A DNA stretch of 64,000 nt from Fimicolochytrium jonesii (taxonomy: Eukaryota): positions 248,001 to 312,000 of the forward strand of contig NW_026515692.1 of NCBI RefSeq assembly GCF_025526975.1, written 5' to 3'. Positions 61,363-64,000 of the stretch are shown in pieces. The position numbers and the translations under genes are program-made. The notes below the pieces were generated by a model, which was not told where the DNA came from, did not search any database, and saw only the letters and a list, made by a program, of their open reading frames with translations. Position 1 is the stretch's first letter. Every line of letters starts with the position of its first letter.

Positions 61363-64000
61363 CTACCGCGGCTCCTCCCCCCGCATCTCTGCCGTCGCCA
61401 CTGCCGCGAGCGCATACAGCGCATCCACCGCACCACTGCGATCGGATTCACGCTCGTGTTCGCGCACGTATCTCTCCGCGGCGGATGATGATGCGCTCGG
61501 TCCGGTCGTCTCATCGCCCATGTCCTCATCGTCAGTCTTTGCCAAGACGGAATGCATTTGACTCGGATCGGTGGTGTCATTGTCGTGGAAGGCCGGAAGC
61601 GCTGAATACATGTCGGCATTTGACGAGCTAGATGCGGCCTGCGTGCGAATGTTGATTGTACTGACACCCGCATTTAGGTCCATCCAAGCTTCCTCATTGT
61701 CTGCTGTGCGCTGCGTGGCATCTCCAGCATCGTCGGCAGTACTATCCGGAACCTGCGAATGTGATATCCCTTCGTTGAGGACCGCTCGCGGCGAGGCAGA
61801 CCCCAACGGGTCGCCCCTCCACACCACCGTCAGCTCACGTCTACCTTCTTCCGTCTCTTCAGTCCTCATTCCTCTCATATCATCTCCCGGCTCAACGGAC
61901 CCATCGCCGTCCATATCCATTCCCTCCGTGGGGGGGAAAAGCGGGTCGCCATACACGTTGTGATCGTCCGAAAATACGGAGAGTGACGACGATGGCGTGA
62001 TCGAGGCCGGTCGGAACGCGAAAAATGCTGTCGAGTCCCCGAAAAGCTGATGACCGCCTTGACCCTCCATCTTTACATCGGCGTCCACGGGAGGAGACGC
62101 CGCGATGTCGGAATCGCTGTGTGGTGGCGCAATGTATTCACCACCTCCCATCATACGGTCTGTGCATAGATTCCGCGTCTCTTCATGGTCATCGCTGGAA
62201 GACCGCCGCATGTCATGTATCGACATACCAACCTCCGGAGGGGCAGGAGGGTCGACGCCGGATGCGATCCTGACCTCGTCCCCCATCATTGTGTCCCCCC
62301 CATCGCGAGACGTACGCCCAATATTCCTCATGTCCATGCCATCCAAGAAGTTTGTGATACCACCCATGGCAACCGACGACGGCGAGGGTACCTCCAGTCC
62401 CATCGCGTTGAGCATCATCGGGCGAGGCGGCACCATATACGACGCTGTATCAATCCGATTGGTCTGGTTCAGCCCTCCCGACAACGGTGATTGGGGCCCG
62501 ATCGGCATATGATGGTCGTAGGGGTGCCCCACAGGCCCCGCCCCGGGTAACGCGAATGAGTGACGGTGGGAATGTGATGCGAATGTGTTCGGTGGCATTC
62601 GTAGAGGCCCCGGGTGTGATTGACGACGCGGCGCTACGGTCGTCGTTGTGTGCAATGGGGCCATCGCGTGCATTGCGGTTGCTTGCAATGGATTGGCCGG
62701 CATCGGAATCTGGAAAGGTCTCAGAGGTCGCATCTGCTGGTTCTGCTCCAGTGGCAGTGGCGGCTGTTGTTGGATTGGCAACCCGCCAGCTATCTGCACA
62801 GGCGCATTCACCATGCCCATCCCCGGATGTCCACGCTGTTGCACGTCGCTAACCACCCCCTCAACTCGCCTCACAAGGTCCAGCACGACCCTCTGGCTCT
62901 CCACGAGCAGCCTCTCCAACCCCGCAACGCGCACCCGCAGATCAGCCTCCCGCTTCAAGGTCTCGGCTAACATAGTCGTCTGCGATTCAGACTGGCGCGT
63001 GAGATGCGCTGTCTGATGTTCGAGAGTGTAGGCGTGCGCTTCGAGCGTATGGATCTTGGACGCTTTCTTCTGACGGGAGCGGCGGGCGGCCTATGTTCGT
63101 GGTGCATGAGCAGGGAGGAGTTGCAGAGTCGGCACATACGGAGTCAGGCGAGGATGTGACGGAGGGAGAACAGAGGTCCTACCCATCCGCATCCCTGAAA
63201 GAGGACCCATGGCTACTCCCCCACACAGCCCGCATTCCACACCACACCAAGGACGGAACCGCACAATCCATTCCCAGCACATACCTCTGTATTCTTCGCC
63301 CGTCGTTTCTGCATATCATCCGACCCTGAAGGCGCTTTCACGTCATCTGCGTTCCCGCCTCCAACTTTCTCCCTCGGCTCCCCAACTGCATCGTCACCGG
63401 CCTTCATCTCCTCTTCCCCATCTTCTTCATCGCTATCTTCATCTTCTTCTGCCCATGGCGACTCGCTCACCGTGGATCTTGTGTGACCGCCCCGGGCTTT
63501 TGCCTTGAACATCGGTATTGTTGGGGTTATGGGTTGCGTTATGGGTATGGATATATGCAAAGGAGACGCTACCCGCACGCGTTTGGCAGTTGTCCGCCGG
63601 CCTGTGGTGGTTGAGACCGTACTGGTAGGTGGGTTGGCAGAAGTAGCGATGAGAGGTGCGATGCCCGATGTCGGCGGAGGTGTTGTCGTAGTTGCGGGCA
63701 ATACACCCCGCTTCCGCGCTCCAGGTGCCGGCGTCGGCGTCGTTTGAGAAAGGAACTCCTCATCATCCATCCCAGTTTTCTCAAGCTCGAGCTCACGCGC
63801 CGACACCGCGCGCGTATGGTACCGGTTTGACATCTGCGTATGCGGCGTCGAAAACACGTTTGCAGGGTGTCCGCCACCACGGCCGCGGCGTCGCTGAGCG
63901 GTCTGTGGAGTCATCGGGTCGGAGACGGCCTTCGGGGCTGCCGTGCCGGTTGGGGTCTTGGGTTTCCGGCCGCGTCCGCGAGTCGCGGGGATAGGCGGAG
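61363..64000 (-). CDS. bZIP transcription factor with Gcn4/Cpc1-like basic region; 5' end may lie beyond the window
   Basis: QKRRAKNTE|AARRSRQKKASKIHTLE followed by a long coiled coil. The frame is open to the window edge (RGRGRKPK). Confidence 0.85.

Overview
Eukaryotic nuclear DNA with short GT-AG spliceosomal introns. The gene content is fungal, and an early-diverging (chytrid-like) fungus is my inference. Bases ~1-14.7 kb form an intron-poor accessory block: an AAA ATPase, a broken F-box gene, a tandem orphan gene pair and decayed ORFs. From ~15 kb onward the window is a dense run of housekeeping genes: RING-H2 E3, SIZ/PIAS SUMO ligase, FSH hydrolase, ArgRS, ARG4, a spermidine-synthase-like protein, ETR1, SDO1, an SSS transporter, a Ca2+/cation exchanger, TAF8, a Nam8-like RRM protein, SUS1, p24, OTU2, NDUFAF3, CWC18 and a bZIP. 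Four observations stand out. (1) Three unrelated genes each carry one unusually long intron holding the same structured element in sense orientation (GAA(G)YGCTTGWGG ... CCACG ... GCGNAGC hairpin ... CAGGGTATC). (2) An FSH serine hydrolase is fused in frame to an RbfA-like domain through an internal mitochondrial-presequence-like linker. (3) A bacterial-type ArgRS with introns lies beside ARG4 and a spermidine-synthase-like gene. (4) A ~62-bp hairpin repeat and telomere-like repeats are confined mostly to promoters. Exon boundaries were read by eye and are approximate, and no database searches were run.
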